From the NCBI GenBank assembly GCA_038231275.1, contig JBBRLQ010000013.1:163737-227736 (forward strand): a DNA stretch of 64,000 bases. The letters run 5' to 3'. Source of the DNA: Polyangiales bacterium. Its GTDB lineage: Bacteria; Myxococcota_A; Polyangia; Polyangiales; Polyangiaceae. Below the pieces are notes generated by a model that saw nothing but the letters and a program-made list of their open reading frames with translations, had not been told where the DNA came from and did not search any database. The translations under genes and the position numbers were made by a program. This document shows, piece by piece, positions 17,798 through 27,512 of the stretch (positions are counted from its first letter, which is position 1; the number at the start of each line of letters is the position of its first letter).

Positions 17798-20065
17798 ATG
17801 CGATCTGGAAAATTCCTGGCTCCCCTCTCCGTATCGTTCGCTCTCCTTGGCCTCGCGGGCCTCGCGGGTCTGCCCGCCTGCGGAGGCGCAGCTCCCGACG
17901 GGTCGCGCCTGCCCGTCGCGTCCGCGACTCCGACAACTGCCGCCGGCGCCACGCCGACGAGCCCCGCAAAGGACGCAGCGTCCGTGAAGAACCCGCTACT
18001 CGCCCCGTGGACCGGCCCGTACGGCGGCGTTCCGCCCTTCGGCAAGTTCGCCGTCTCCGACATGAAGCCGGCCCTCGAGGCCGCGATCGCCGAGAACCTC
18101 TCGGACATCGACAAGATCGCGCAGAACCCCGCGCCGGCGACGTTCGAGAACACGATCGCCGCGATGGAAGGCTCCGGCAAGGCGCTCCAGCGCGCGGCCT
18201 CCGTCTACAACATCTACACCGGCACGATGAACGACGACGCCGTGCAGGCCGTCGAGCGCGACATGGCGCCGAAGCTCGCGGCGCTGAACGACACGATCAC
18301 GCAGAACTCGAAGCTCTTCGCGCGCATCGCGACGGTCTACGCCGCGCGCGAGTCGAGCGGCCTCACGCCCGAGCAGCAGCGCCTCGTGTGGCTCGACCAC
18401 ACGCAGTTCGTCCGCGCCGGCGCCAAGCTCGACGACGCCGCGAAGAAGAAGCTGTTCGACATGAACCAGCGCCTCGCCGCGCTCTACACCACGTTCGGCC
18501 AGAACATCCTCGCCGAGGAGGGTACGCAGATCGTGCTCCTCGAGAGCGAGGCCGATCTCGCCGGCCTCCCGCAGTCCCTGAAGGACGGCGCGGCGTCGAC
18601 GGCGACTGCGCGCGGCAAGCAGGGCAAGTGGGCGATCGCCAACACGCGCTCGAGCGTCGATCCGTTCCTCACAACCTCCACGCGCCGCGATCTTCGCGAG
18701 AAGGTGTGGAAGATGTTCACGTCGCGCGGCGACAACGGCGACGCGCACGACACGAACGCTACTATCGCGGAGATCCTGAAGATCCGCGCCGAGCGCGCCA
18801 AGCTCCTCGGCTACCCGACGCACGCCCACTGGCGCCTCGAGGACTCGATGGCCAAGACGCCCGAGCACGCGATGACGCTCATGGAGGCGGTGTGGAAGCC
18901 GGCCGTCGCGCGCGTCCACGAAGAGGTGAAGGACATGCAGTCCATCGCCGACAAAGAGAAAGCGGGGATCAAAATCGCCCCGTGGGACTACCGCTTCTAC
19001 GCCGAGAAGGTTCGGAAGGCGAAGTACGATCTCGATCAGAACGACGTGAAGCCGTACCTGCAGCTCGAGAAGCTCCGCGAGGGGATGTTCTGGGTCGCCG
19101 GTGAGCTGTTCGGCCTGAAATTCAGCCAGATCACGGACGGCTCGGTCGCGGTCTACCACCCCGACGTCCGCGTCTTCCGCGTCACCGACGCGCAGGATCA
19201 CCACGTCGGCCTCTGGTTCTTCGATCCGTACGCGCGCCCGGGGAAGAACTCCGGCGCGTGGATGAACGAGTACCGCCCGCAATCGCGCTTCGACGGCGAC
19301 GTGCCGACCATCGTAAGCAACAACGCCAACTTCGTGAAGGGCGAGGGCAACGAGCCGATCCTCGTGAGCTGGGACGACGCGCGCACGCTCTTCCACGAGT
19401 TCGGCCACGCGCTGCACGGTCTCTCGTCGAACGTGACGTACCCGACGCTCGCAGGCACCAACGTCGCGCGCGACTACGTCGAGTTCCCGTCGCAGCTCCT
19501 CGAGCCGTGGCTGGCGACGCCGGAGGTGCTGAACAAGTTCGCGGTTCACGTGAAGACCGGCAAGCCGATTCCCGCCGAGCTCGTGAAGAAGCTCCAGAAG
19601 AGCGAGAAGTTCAACCAGGGCTTCGCGACCGTCGAATACCTGTCCTCCGCGCTCATCGACATGAAGCTGCACCTCGCGGGTGACAAGACGATCGATCCGC
19701 GCGCGTTCGAGAAGGAGACGCTCGCCGCGCTCGGGATGCCGAGCGAGCTCGTGATGCGCCACCGCACGCCGCAGTTCGGGCACGTGTTCTCGGGCGACGG
19801 CTACTCCGCCGGCTACTACAGCTACCTCTGGTCGGAGACGCTCTCGACCGACGCGTTCGAAGCGTTCACCGAGGCGAGCGGCCCGTACGACAAGGCGGTC
19901 GCGCGACGGTTGAAGGACAAGGTCTTCAGCGTCGGCAACACCGTCGATCCGGCCGACGGCTACCGCGCATTTCGCGGGCGCGATCCCGGCATCGCCGCGC
20001 TCATGCGCCACCGCGGCTTCCCGGTCCCCGCCGGGACCGCGACCCCGCCGGCGAAGAAGAACTGA
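17798..20065 (+). CDS. dcp: M3 metallopeptidase (peptidyl-dipeptidase Dcp-like), lipoprotein
   Basis: NPLL..W.GPYGGVPPF, GAWM, FHEFGHALH, DYVEFPSQ, GYSAGYYSYLW. Confidence 0.88.
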   Translation: MRSGKFLAPLSVSFALLGLAGLAGLPACGGAAPDGSRLPVASATPTTAAGATPTSPAKDAASVKNPLLAPWTGPYGGVPPFGKFAVSDMKPALEAAIAENLSDIDKIAQNPAPATFENTIAAMEGSGKALQRAASVYNIYTGTMNDDAVQAVERDMAPKLAALNDTITQNSKLFARIATVYAARESSGLTPEQQRLVWLDHTQFVRAGAKLDDAAKKKLFDMNQRLAALYTTFGQNILAEEGTQIVLLESEADLAGLPQSLKDGAASTATARGKQGKWAIANTRSSVDPFLTTSTRRDLREKVWKMFTSRGDNGDAHDTNATIAEILKIRAERAKLLGYPTHAHWRLEDSMAKTPEHAMTLMEAVWKPAVARVHEEVKDMQSIADKEKAGIKIAPWDYRFYAEKVRKAKYDLDQNDVKPYLQLEKLREGMFWVAGELFGLKFSQITDGSVAVYHPDVRVFRVTDAQDHHVGLWFFDPYARPGKNSGAWMNEYRPQSRFDGDVPTIVSNNANFVKGEGNEPILVSWDDARTLFHEFGHALHGLSSNVTYPTLAGTNVARDYVEFPSQLLEPWLATPEVLNKFAVHVKTGKPIPAELVKKLQKSEKFNQGFATVEYLSSALIDMKLHLAGDKTIDPRAFEKETLAALGMPSELVMRHRTPQFGHVFSGDGYSAGYYSYLWSETLSTDAFEAFTEASGPYDKAVARRLKDKVFSVGNTVDPADGYRAFRGRDPGIAALMRHRGFPVPAGTATPPAKKN

Positions 20066-20067
20066 TC

Positions 20068-20535
20068 ATGACCTCGAAGCAGAAGAGCGCGAAGGCGAAG
20101 ACGAAAGCGAAGGCGCCCGCGAAGAAGGTCGCCTCGCGCATGACGGCGAAGGTCTCGCCGCTCAAAGGGATGCCCGTCGCGGACTGGGTGAAGGCGAAGA
20201 CCCAGGGGTGGCAGACCGAAGTGATCGTGCGTCTGCTCGAGGTCGCGGCGAAGGCGGCGCCCAAGGCGACGGTGTCGATCAAATGGGGCCAGCCCGTCAT
20301 CGAGCACAACGGGCCGCTCGCGTGGGTGAAGCCGGCGAAGGAGCACGTCGCGTTCGGCTTCTGGCGCGGCCGCGAGCTCGCGGGCGGCGATCGCCTCGAT
20401 GGGTCTGGCGACCGCATGGCGCACGTGAAAATCGCCTCGCCGGACGCACTCGACGCTAAGTGGATCGGCGCCCTCGTGCGCGAGGCGGTCCAGTTGAACG
20501 AACGCCTCGGCGACCCGAGCAAGCGAACGCGCTGA
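20068..20535 (+). CDS. DUF1801 (YdhG-like) domain protein
   Basis: IKWGQP...HVAFGFWRG.L...G.G..MAHVKI. Confidence 0.75.
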   Translation: MTSKQKSAKAKTKAKAPAKKVASRMTAKVSPLKGMPVADWVKAKTQGWQTEVIVRLLEVAAKAAPKATVSIKWGQPVIEHNGPLAWVKPAKEHVAFGFWRGRELAGGDRLDGSGDRMAHVKIASPDALDAKWIGALVREAVQLNERLGDPSKRTR

Positions 20536-20579
20536 AGGTTTCGTCCTCGCCTCCCCGCTGGAGCGAGGCGTCTTCACCG

Positions 20580-22583
20580 TCACCCGAGGTGGGCGTCGAA
20601 CCAGGCGAGCATCCGCTCCATGATGTCGCGTTGGTTCTTCGCCTTCTGCGGGCCATGCGGCTCGCCGGGGTAGGTGACGAGCTCCGTCTCGACGCCCAGG
20701 TGCTTGAGCGCGCGGTAGAGCGCCTGCGATTGCCCGATGGGGTTATTGCGATCGGCCTCGCCGTGCACGATCAACGTCGGCGTCTTGGCGTTCTTGATGC
20801 TGCTCGAAGGCGAGTTCTTGGCGAAGACGTCGGGGTTGTTCCACGGGGTGCCGAAGTGCCACTCGTCGCCGGCCGGGCCGTTCTCGGTCCCGAACTCGGC
20901 GGCTTGGTCGAAGACACCGGCACCGGCGACCGCTGCAGCAAAGCGCGTGGTGTGCCCGATGGCCCACGCGGTCATCTCGGCGCCGTACGACCAGCCGCCG
21001 ATGCCGAGGCGAGCCGGGTCGACCTCGCCGCGTGCCAGCACGTGGTCGAGGACTGCGATCAGATCCTTGTAGTCGCCGCCGCCCCAGTCGCCGCGGTTCG
21101 CCTTCACGAATGCCTCGCCGTAGCCGGTCGAGCCGCGCGGATTGACGAGGAGCACCTGGTAGCCGCGTGCGACGAGGAGCTGCGCCCACGCGTTGAACCA
21201 AAAATAGTCGGATGAAAAATTCGAGTTGGGTCCACCGTGCACGAGGAGCACGAGCGGCTGCTTGCGGGCGCCCGGCGACGACGATGGCTTCAGCAAGGCG
21301 GCTTCGACAGTTGCGCCGTCGAAGCTCGCCACCCGGAAGATCTCGGCGTCGACGAGCGCTACGTCCTTCCACGCCTCCTCTTGCAGTCGACCCATCTGTC
21401 GAACCGGTCCTGCTTTCGGTTTCAGGAAGAGCTCGGGCAAACGATTGAACGCGACCCCCACGAACGCGATGGTCCCGTCGCGTGCCACATCGATGGTCCG
21501 GGCGGAGAGCGGCAGATCAACGAGCGCCGGGGTGAACGCCGGCGCCTCGAGGCGGTAGAGGGCGTTCCGAAATCCGTCCGACGCGCGGAGTACGACGGCG
21601 CGCTCGCCTTGCCAGCGGGCGCTGAGCACGGGCCGATCGAGCGCGCGCGAGACGTTCCGCGCCGGACCGCCGGCGCTAGGGGTGAGGAAGAGGTCGTGGG
21701 GCATCGGGCCTGACGCAGCGGTCCCCACGAACGCGAGCTGGGCGCCGCTGGGCGACGGCACGATGTCACTGAAGGGCGGCGCAGGGCGGGCTACCTCGAC
21801 GAAGCGGCCATCCGCGATGCCGACCGAAAAGATGCCGTCGTCCCAGCTCTCCGCGCGCGGGTGCGCGTTCGCGACGACGACGAGCCGTCCTGCAATCGGC
21901 CACGTGAGCTCATGAATCGCATAGGGCGCGGTCGTGACTTGACGCGCCTTCTTCGCGACCACGTCGAGGATCCAGACGCGCTCGAGATCTTGCTCGCGAT
22001 CGACCGGATGCGGTCCGTCGGTCTTGGAGCCTGCGGCGCGCGCGAGGAACGCGATGTTCTTGCCATCGGGGGACCACGCGTAATCGCCGACGCCGCCCTC
22101 CGCGCTCGTGAGCGGGGTGGCCTCGCCTCCGCCCGTGGGGATCGCGTAGACCTGCATCTCGCCCCCGCGCGACGAGAGGAACGCGAGCGTTCTCCCGTCT
22201 GGGCTCCATCGCGGCGACCGCTCGGACTTGCGCGACGAAGTGAAGGCACGGACTTCGCCACCGCGAACATCGGCCATCCACACGTGCGACTCGGTGCCGA
22301 CATCGGTGGCTTCGGAGAGCACGAACGCGATTTTCGCGCCGTCCGGTGAAAATCGCAGGTCTCCAGGTCGGCGAAAGCGCACGGCGCGATCCGGCGTGAG
22401 CGCACCGGCGGCGGGAGCGCTTCGCGAACCCGGCGCTGCGGCAGCCGGCGACACTGCCCCCCGTGACGAAGGCGCGTCCTGCGCGGCGCCGACCATTGCG
22501 CGGGTCGTCGCCTCCGGCACCCGCGGAGCGCCGCCGCAGCCGATTGCGAGTACCAACCACCCCGAGAGCGCGCCGATCCGCAT
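20580..22583 (-). CDS. S9 family peptidase (PD40/WD40 propeller + alpha/beta hydrolase), lipoprotein
   Basis: WSPDG repeats, VHGGP, NPRGSTGYG, GWSYG nucleophile, HGEAD, YPGEPH. Confidence 0.9.
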   Translation of the reverse strand: MRIGALSGWLVLAIGCGGAPRVPEATTRAMVGAAQDAPSSRGAVSPAAAAPGSRSAPAAGALTPDRAVRFRRPGDLRFSPDGAKIAFVLSEATDVGTESHVWMADVRGGEVRAFTSSRKSERSPRWSPDGRTLAFLSSRGGEMQVYAIPTGGGEATPLTSAEGGVGDYAWSPDGKNIAFLARAAGSKTDGPHPVDREQDLERVWILDVVAKKARQVTTAPYAIHELTWPIAGRLVVVANAHPRAESWDDGIFSVGIADGRFVEVARPAPPFSDIVPSPSGAQLAFVGTAASGPMPHDLFLTPSAGGPARNVSRALDRPVLSARWQGERAVVLRASDGFRNALYRLEAPAFTPALVDLPLSARTIDVARDGTIAFVGVAFNRLPELFLKPKAGPVRQMGRLQEEAWKDVALVDAEIFRVASFDGATVEAALLKPSSSPGARKQPLVLLVHGGPNSNFSSDYFWFNAWAQLLVARGYQVLLVNPRGSTGYGEAFVKANRGDWGGGDYKDLIAVLDHVLARGEVDPARLGIGGWSYGAEMTAWAIGHTTRFAAAVAGAGVFDQAAEFGTENGPAGDEWHFGTPWNNPDVFAKNSPSSSIKNAKTPTLIVHGEADRNNPIGQSQALYRALKHLGVETELVTYPGEPHGPQKAKNQRDIMERMLAWFDAHLG

Positions 22584-22792
22584 GGCCTTGCCATATCATC
22601 GCGCGCGATCGTAAAGGCTCCCGAGAGAGCGTTACGCCGCGAGGACGTGGTCCCGTCGACCGCCGCGCGCGCCCCGAGGAAGCTGCGGGGGCGATGGCAC
22701 GTAGGATGCGGCGATGCCCCGCACGGCGCTTTTCGTCGCCGCGCTGCTCGCGGGGCGGCACCTCCGGCGACGCGGGCGACGCTCCGCCTGGC

Positions 22793-22978
22793 GTGAGCGC
22801 CGCGATGCTCGAGGCCGACGGCTGGTCGCTCGCCCGTCCTCCGCACCTCTTCGAGACGAGCCGCCCGCGCGTCTTCGCGGTGGGCGACGTCCGCGCCACC
22901 AGCGTAAAGCGCGTCGCCTCGGCGGTGGGTGAAGGATCGGTGTGCATTCAGCTCGTACACAAGGCGCTCGGCGAATAG
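22793..22978 (+). pseudogene. C-terminal fragment of a thioredoxin reductase-like flavoprotein
   Basis: LFETSRPRVFAVGDVRATSVKRVASAVGEGSVCIQLVH matches the TrxB-family C-terminus. No N-terminal FAD/NADPH domains upstream. Confidence 0.75.
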
Positions 22979-22979
22979 C

Positions 22980-23690
22980 TCACGGCGCGCAGTGGTTGGT
23001 CGGCAACGTCGGGCAGGAGAGCGGCGCATTGAACGTCCCCTTCACGGCGCCGTCTTTGTAGGTGATGTCGAACGAGCCGACGATCGCCGTGGCGGTGACC
23101 GCCGAGATGGTGACGGTGCCGGACTGCGCGCCCCGATCAACGAGCGGTTTGCACGTCGTCGCGTCGAGGTGAATGAACGGCGCGTCGGCGAAGGGCAGCG
23201 CCGTCTGCGGGAACTGGAAAATCGGGAACGTGCCGGGCTGCGGGCCGTCGGTCACCAGCTGGAGATCGATGCCGAAGAAGATTTCGTCTTGCCGGATAAT
23301 TCCCGCGCCGCAGAGGTTCGGTCGATCGCCGAAGTTGAGCATCACGCGCGTCTTTACGCCTGGGTCGGTCCCTGGCATCACGTGCGCATAGCCGTCGACG
23401 GCGACGAGCGTGTCGCCCCCGACGCTGCCGGTGATCGCGAGGAGCGGGCCCGGATCCGCGTCGGGCGCCGCCGCGGAATCGGCCGGCGTGGCGCCGTCGT
23501 TGGATGGACCAGCATCGGGGCTCGGCGTGCTCCCGTCGGCCAAAGGCCCGTCGGTCAGGGCCACGTCACTGCCCGAGGCATCGACCGGGCCGGTCCCCGA
23601 CGTCGATGTGCTCGGGCCACACGCTGCGAGCACCACGGCGACGAGAGGAGTCGCGCAAACGAACACGGGAAAGAAAGGATGGGTCTTCAT
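22980..23690 (-). CDS. Hypothetical lipoprotein
   Basis: VLAAC lipobox, DAG-rich linker, C-terminal SGTVTI..V....I.GSFDI. Confidence 0.6.
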   Translation of the reverse strand: MKTHPFFPVFVCATPLVAVVLAACGPSTSTSGTGPVDASGSDVALTDGPLADGSTPSPDAGPSNDGATPADSAAAPDADPGPLLAITGSVGGDTLVAVDGYAHVMPGTDPGVKTRVMLNFGDRPNLCGAGIIRQDEIFFGIDLQLVTDGPQPGTFPIFQFPQTALPFADAPFIHLDATTCKPLVDRGAQSGTVTISAVTATAIVGSFDITYKDGAVKGTFNAPLSCPTLPTNHCAP

Positions 23691-23825
23691 GCGCCGCGCC
23701 TTTTGCAACGCCCGGGCCGCGCGATGAAGTGGAGCAACGCGTGGGAAATGTCGGCGTGCGCGACGCGCGCTGTGAACGATGGACCACACGAAAGCGGAAC
23801 GAGCGGCCAGAGGCGCTGCTCGAGA

Positions 23826-24440
23826 TCACAGCGCGAACGTGATCGTCTTCTTCTCGTCCTTGCTCGACAGGTTCACGTTCGCGCCGAACGTCCGGCTGCC
23901 GACGCGCGCGCCGAGGCGGACGCAGAGGGGCAAGCTGGCGCCTTTCGCGTCGTTCAGCTTCACCTCCACCCGATACTTTCCCCGCGGGGGCTCGGCACCC
24001 TCGTAATAGACGGTCTCTTCGTTCTGGCCGTTGCACTGCTCGGTCGGGCAGTCGCGATCGAGTCGGAAGCCGGTCGGCGTCGACTTGTTTTGGGCGCTCG
24101 TCGTCGTGCCGGCCGGATCGACGACCGACAGATCCACGTCCGCCGCCGCTTCGCCCCACGCGATCGAGAACTGGAGCAGCCCCGTCGCCACGCCGCAGCC
24201 CTCGTCGATGACGCCGTTGCAGTTGTCGTCGATCGCGTTGAAGCAGAGCTCCACGCCGGTCGGCGTGCATGCGGTGACCAGCTCCACCCCATCCGAGCAC
24301 GAGAGCGCCTGCGCGCTCAGCGACTCGGCGCCCACCGGTCGCCCTGCAGGCCCGCACGCGCTCGCGAGGACGAGCGCGACGGGCAACGCGAGGGCGAACC
24401 GCGCGCGCGTCCCCCCGTAGGGGATCACGAAGCGCGTCAC
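23826..24440 (-). CDS. Lipoprotein with MopE-related Cys/Asp motif and YfaP/DUF2135-like domain
   Basis: LASAC lipobox; ELCFNAIDDNCNGVIDEGC; IAWGEAAADVDLSVVDP...LDRDC...EETV. GTG start overlaps the upstream stop. Confidence 0.65.
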   Translation of the reverse strand: MTRFVIPYGGTRARFALALPVALVLASACGPAGRPVGAESLSAQALSCSDGVELVTACTPTGVELCFNAIDDNCNGVIDEGCGVATGLLQFSIAWGEAAADVDLSVVDPAGTTTSAQNKSTPTGFRLDRDCPTEQCNGQNEETVYYEGAEPPRGKYRVEVKLNDAKGASLPLCVRLGARVGSRTFGANVNLSSKDEKKTITFAL

Positions 24441-26959
24441 TTCGGCGCGACGACCTTCCCGCCGCCACCCTGCGCACTGGGCTGATCCGGGAGCTTCTCG
24501 GTCGTGAGCTTCGGGTTCATGACCTCGAAGAACGCCTTCTTCGCGGCCTCTTGCCACGCGCCGGTCTCGTTCTTGAGCGCCATGAGGACGCCCTTCTCCT
24601 TCAGGAACTTCAAGATCCCGATCGCGTTGTTGCGCTTGATCTCGTTGGCGCCCTTCGCGTCCATGTAGAGGCGAACGCGCAGCTGCACGCGCGTGACCGA
24701 GTGCGGGCCGTTGTCGAAGTCGATGCCCTGAATGCCGCGCGAGAGGACCATCTTCGGCCAGTCTTGCAGCGCGTCGTGCACCTTCACGTGCCGGCACGCT
24801 TCGGTGTTCTCGATCCAGCGCGCGACGTCGCCGTTCTCGTAGTTCTTGTCGCTCCAGTAGCCGAAGGTCTGGTTGTAGATGACCTTGAGCTCCTCCATCG
24901 CCTCGGGCGTCACGTCGTTGTACGACGCGATCGCGCGCATCGCGGTGTCGCCGTCGCCGCCGAGGAGGAGCGCGAGCGCCGCATCCGAGCGGAGGCTGGG
25001 GTCTTTCAGCTTCTCGAAGATCTGCGGGATCATGTTGCGCGTGACGCCGCCGAAGCCGATCGCGCGGGCGACCTGGTGGCGGACCTCGAGATCCTGATCG
25101 GCTCGCATCAAGTCGACGAGCCCGGCGGTCGCCTCGGGAACCGGGCGGTGCACGAGCGTCTCGAGGTAGCAGCCGCGAATCAGCTGATTTTTCGGGTCGG
25201 GCTTGTTGTAGTCGTGAACCTTCTTCACGACCTCCTTCATCTGCTCGTCGCTCGCGACCCACGACAAGGAGAAGCACGCCTCGAGGCGCGACTGCTCGTT
25301 GTTCTGCTGGTCCTCGATGTACTTGGTGAGGAGCGGGAACGCCTTGCTGTCGCCCCACTGCGCGAAGCCGTGCGCCGCGCCGACGCCAATGGCCCGCAGG
25401 GTCATCCCGAGCACAGCGAGGCCGCCCTGGAGGAGCGACTCCATCGTCGCGTCGACCTTCGGCGGGCGGCGCGTGAGCTGCTTCTCGAGGAGCGGCCAGC
25501 TCCCGTCGTCCTTCATCCACCCGAGGTAACGGAGGCCGCTCTGCGCGGTCGCCCACGTCGCCGGGAAATCCGGCTGCCCCGGCTGCGGGAACTTGTCCGC
25601 CGGATCGGCCCACTTGCGCATCGGCTTCAGCGCCTTCGGTGAGTGCGCGGCCGCGAGGAAGCGCAGCGCGTTGGCGTGCGGTTGCGGCTTGTCGGTCGCC
25701 CAGAAGAGGACCGCGTCCTCGGCGCCGCGCAGGATCTCGTCACGCTTCTCGGGGTAGAGCACCGCGAGATCGGCGAGCATGCGCGCGGAGACGACGCGCT
25801 CGTTGTCGTCCATCATGAGCTCGGGATCGTCGGCCTTGCTGTAGATCTTGAGCGGGTCCTGCGTCATGCGCCACGCGAGGTGCGGCACCGCGCGGACGTC
25901 GCCGATCTCGGCCATGCGCAGCGCGGCTTCGGTGCGCCAGTGCGGCTTCGGGTTCTGCGTGTTCAGGTACTCGAGGAGGGCGTCGCCGCCGCGCGGATCC
26001 TCGAGCTCGCGGATCATGTCGAAGATGACCTTGTTCTGGTGCTTCTCGCGCTCGTACGTCTCCTTGTTGACGGTGCGGAGCGCGAGGACGAGGCCCTTGG
26101 TGCCGATGCCGTCGCGGAGCGCCTCGAGGAAGCGGGCGCGCGAGTCCTTGTCGGCCTTGGTGAGCGCGGCGAGGAGCGGGCCCATCGCCTCGTCGGTGGC
26201 GATCTTGCCGAGACCGACCGCGGCCTCGCGCGCGACGTCGACGGATTTGTCCTGCACGAGCCTGGTGAGCACGCTCGTCCACTTCGGCTCGGTGTTGCGC
26301 GACAGGACCGTCGCCACGAGCTGACGAACGCTCTCGCTCTCGTCGCCGGCGAGCGTCGCCAGCTTGTCGAGCGTGACCATCGACGCGAGCACTTCGGGAT
26401 CGAACGCCGGCGCGCCGTCGGCCTTCTGGATGTTGGCGAGGTGCCCCTGGCGGTACTCCGCGAGGACCTGATCGAACGCCGCCGCTTCCTTCAGCGTAGC
26501 GAGCGCCCAGCAAATTTGCGGCTTGTCGCTGGCGTCGGACTCGGCGAGCGCCTTCATGAGCGGGCCCTTCCCGGCCTCGGCGGTCGGCGAGCCGTACTCG
26601 AGGATCGCCTGCGCCGCGGTGCCGCGCACGCGGTGATCGTCGGACGCGAACCCCTTGATGATGAGGTTCATCCCTTCGGGATCCTTCTCCCACGCGAGCT
26701 CGACGAAGGCCTCTTGCTGAAGCGCCGGCACGTCGCTGCGCGCCGCCCACGAGCGCCACTTCGGCAGCTGCTCGGCCTTCGGCAGGATGACGATCGATTT
26801 CTTCTCTTTCGAGATCTGATCGACGGAGAGCTTCTCGCCCTCCCCCTTGATCCCGAAGTAGGCCGCCGCCGCGCCGCCCAGGACGAGCGCGAGGGCGACG
26901 ATGACCAGCGCGGGCTTCGCCGCGCCGCGCTTGAAATTCCCGTCGTCGAGGTCTTGCAT
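24437..26959 (-). CDS. Membrane-anchored HEAT-repeat protein
   Basis: N-terminal TM helix; repeated D..VR..AA..L HEAT units (DDHRVRGTAAQAI, SVDVAREAAVGLGKI, DLEVRHQVARAIG). Confidence 0.75.
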   Translation of the reverse strand: MQDLDDGNFKRGAAKPALVIVALALVLGGAAAAYFGIKGEGEKLSVDQISKEKKSIVILPKAEQLPKWRSWAARSDVPALQQEAFVELAWEKDPEGMNLIIKGFASDDHRVRGTAAQAILEYGSPTAEAGKGPLMKALAESDASDKPQICWALATLKEAAAFDQVLAEYRQGHLANIQKADGAPAFDPEVLASMVTLDKLATLAGDESESVRQLVATVLSRNTEPKWTSVLTRLVQDKSVDVAREAAVGLGKIATDEAMGPLLAALTKADKDSRARFLEALRDGIGTKGLVLALRTVNKETYEREKHQNKVIFDMIRELEDPRGGDALLEYLNTQNPKPHWRTEAALRMAEIGDVRAVPHLAWRMTQDPLKIYSKADDPELMMDDNERVVSARMLADLAVLYPEKRDEILRGAEDAVLFWATDKPQPHANALRFLAAAHSPKALKPMRKWADPADKFPQPGQPDFPATWATAQSGLRYLGWMKDDGSWPLLEKQLTRRPPKVDATMESLLQGGLAVLGMTLRAIGVGAAHGFAQWGDSKAFPLLTKYIEDQQNNEQSRLEACFSLSWVASDEQMKEVVKKVHDYNKPDPKNQLIRGCYLETLVHRPVPEATAGLVDLMRADQDLEVRHQVARAIGFGGVTRNMIPQIFEKLKDPSLRSDAALALLLGGDGDTAMRAIASYNDVTPEAMEELKVIYNQTFGYWSDKNYENGDVARWIENTEACRHVKVHDALQDWPKMVLSRGIQGIDFDNGPHSVTRVQLRVRLYMDAKGANEIKRNNAIGILKFLKEKGVLMALKNETGAWQEAAKKAFFEVMNPKLTTEKLPDQPSAQGGGGKVVAPK

Positions 26960-27031
26960 GACGCCGCGAGGCTACCCCTTCGGCGGGGGATTTTCACTCG
27001 TTTTTGCCGCGAGTTGTGGCAGAGAGCCGTC

Positions 27032-27439
27032 GTGCGAACGGTCATCGTGGCGGCAGGGATCGTGATCGAGGACGGGCGCGTGCTCCTCACGCAGCGCAAG
27101 GAGGGGGCGCACCTCGCCGGGATGTGGGAATTTCCCGGCGGCAAGGCGGAGGCGGGAGAGGATCCGCGCGAGGCGTTGCGACGCGAGCTCCTCGAAGAGC
27201 TGGGAATCGCGTGCGACGTCGGGGACATCGTCGACGTCGCGTTTCATCGGTACGAAGACGCGGAGAAGGCGGTCCTCCTCTTGTTTTACGAAGCGACGCG
27301 CAGGCCCGAATCGCCGCCGCCCAAGGCCCTCGACGTCGCCGCGTTCGCGTGGAGCGGTAAAGACGCGCTCGATCCGGCGCGGTTCCCCCCGGCGGACGTG
27401 GCCGTGCTCCAGAAGGTCGCGCGGCGGCTCGAGGGGTGA
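27032..27439 (+). CDS. NUDIX hydrolase (MutT/NudG-like)
   Basis: WEFPGGKAEAGEDPREALRRELLEELG Nudix box; FPPAD. Confidence 0.9.
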   Translation: MRTVIVAAGIVIEDGRVLLTQRKEGAHLAGMWEFPGGKAEAGEDPREALRRELLEELGIACDVGDIVDVAFHRYEDAEKAVLLLFYEATRRPESPPPKALDVAAFAWSGKDALDPARFPPADVAVLQKVARRLEG

Positions 27440-27512
27440 AGGATCGCTGAAGAAACGGCCCTTCACGTTCCAGCAAGGGCCCCGAGCGCGCGGCGGGGGT
27501 ACGCTACGTCGC

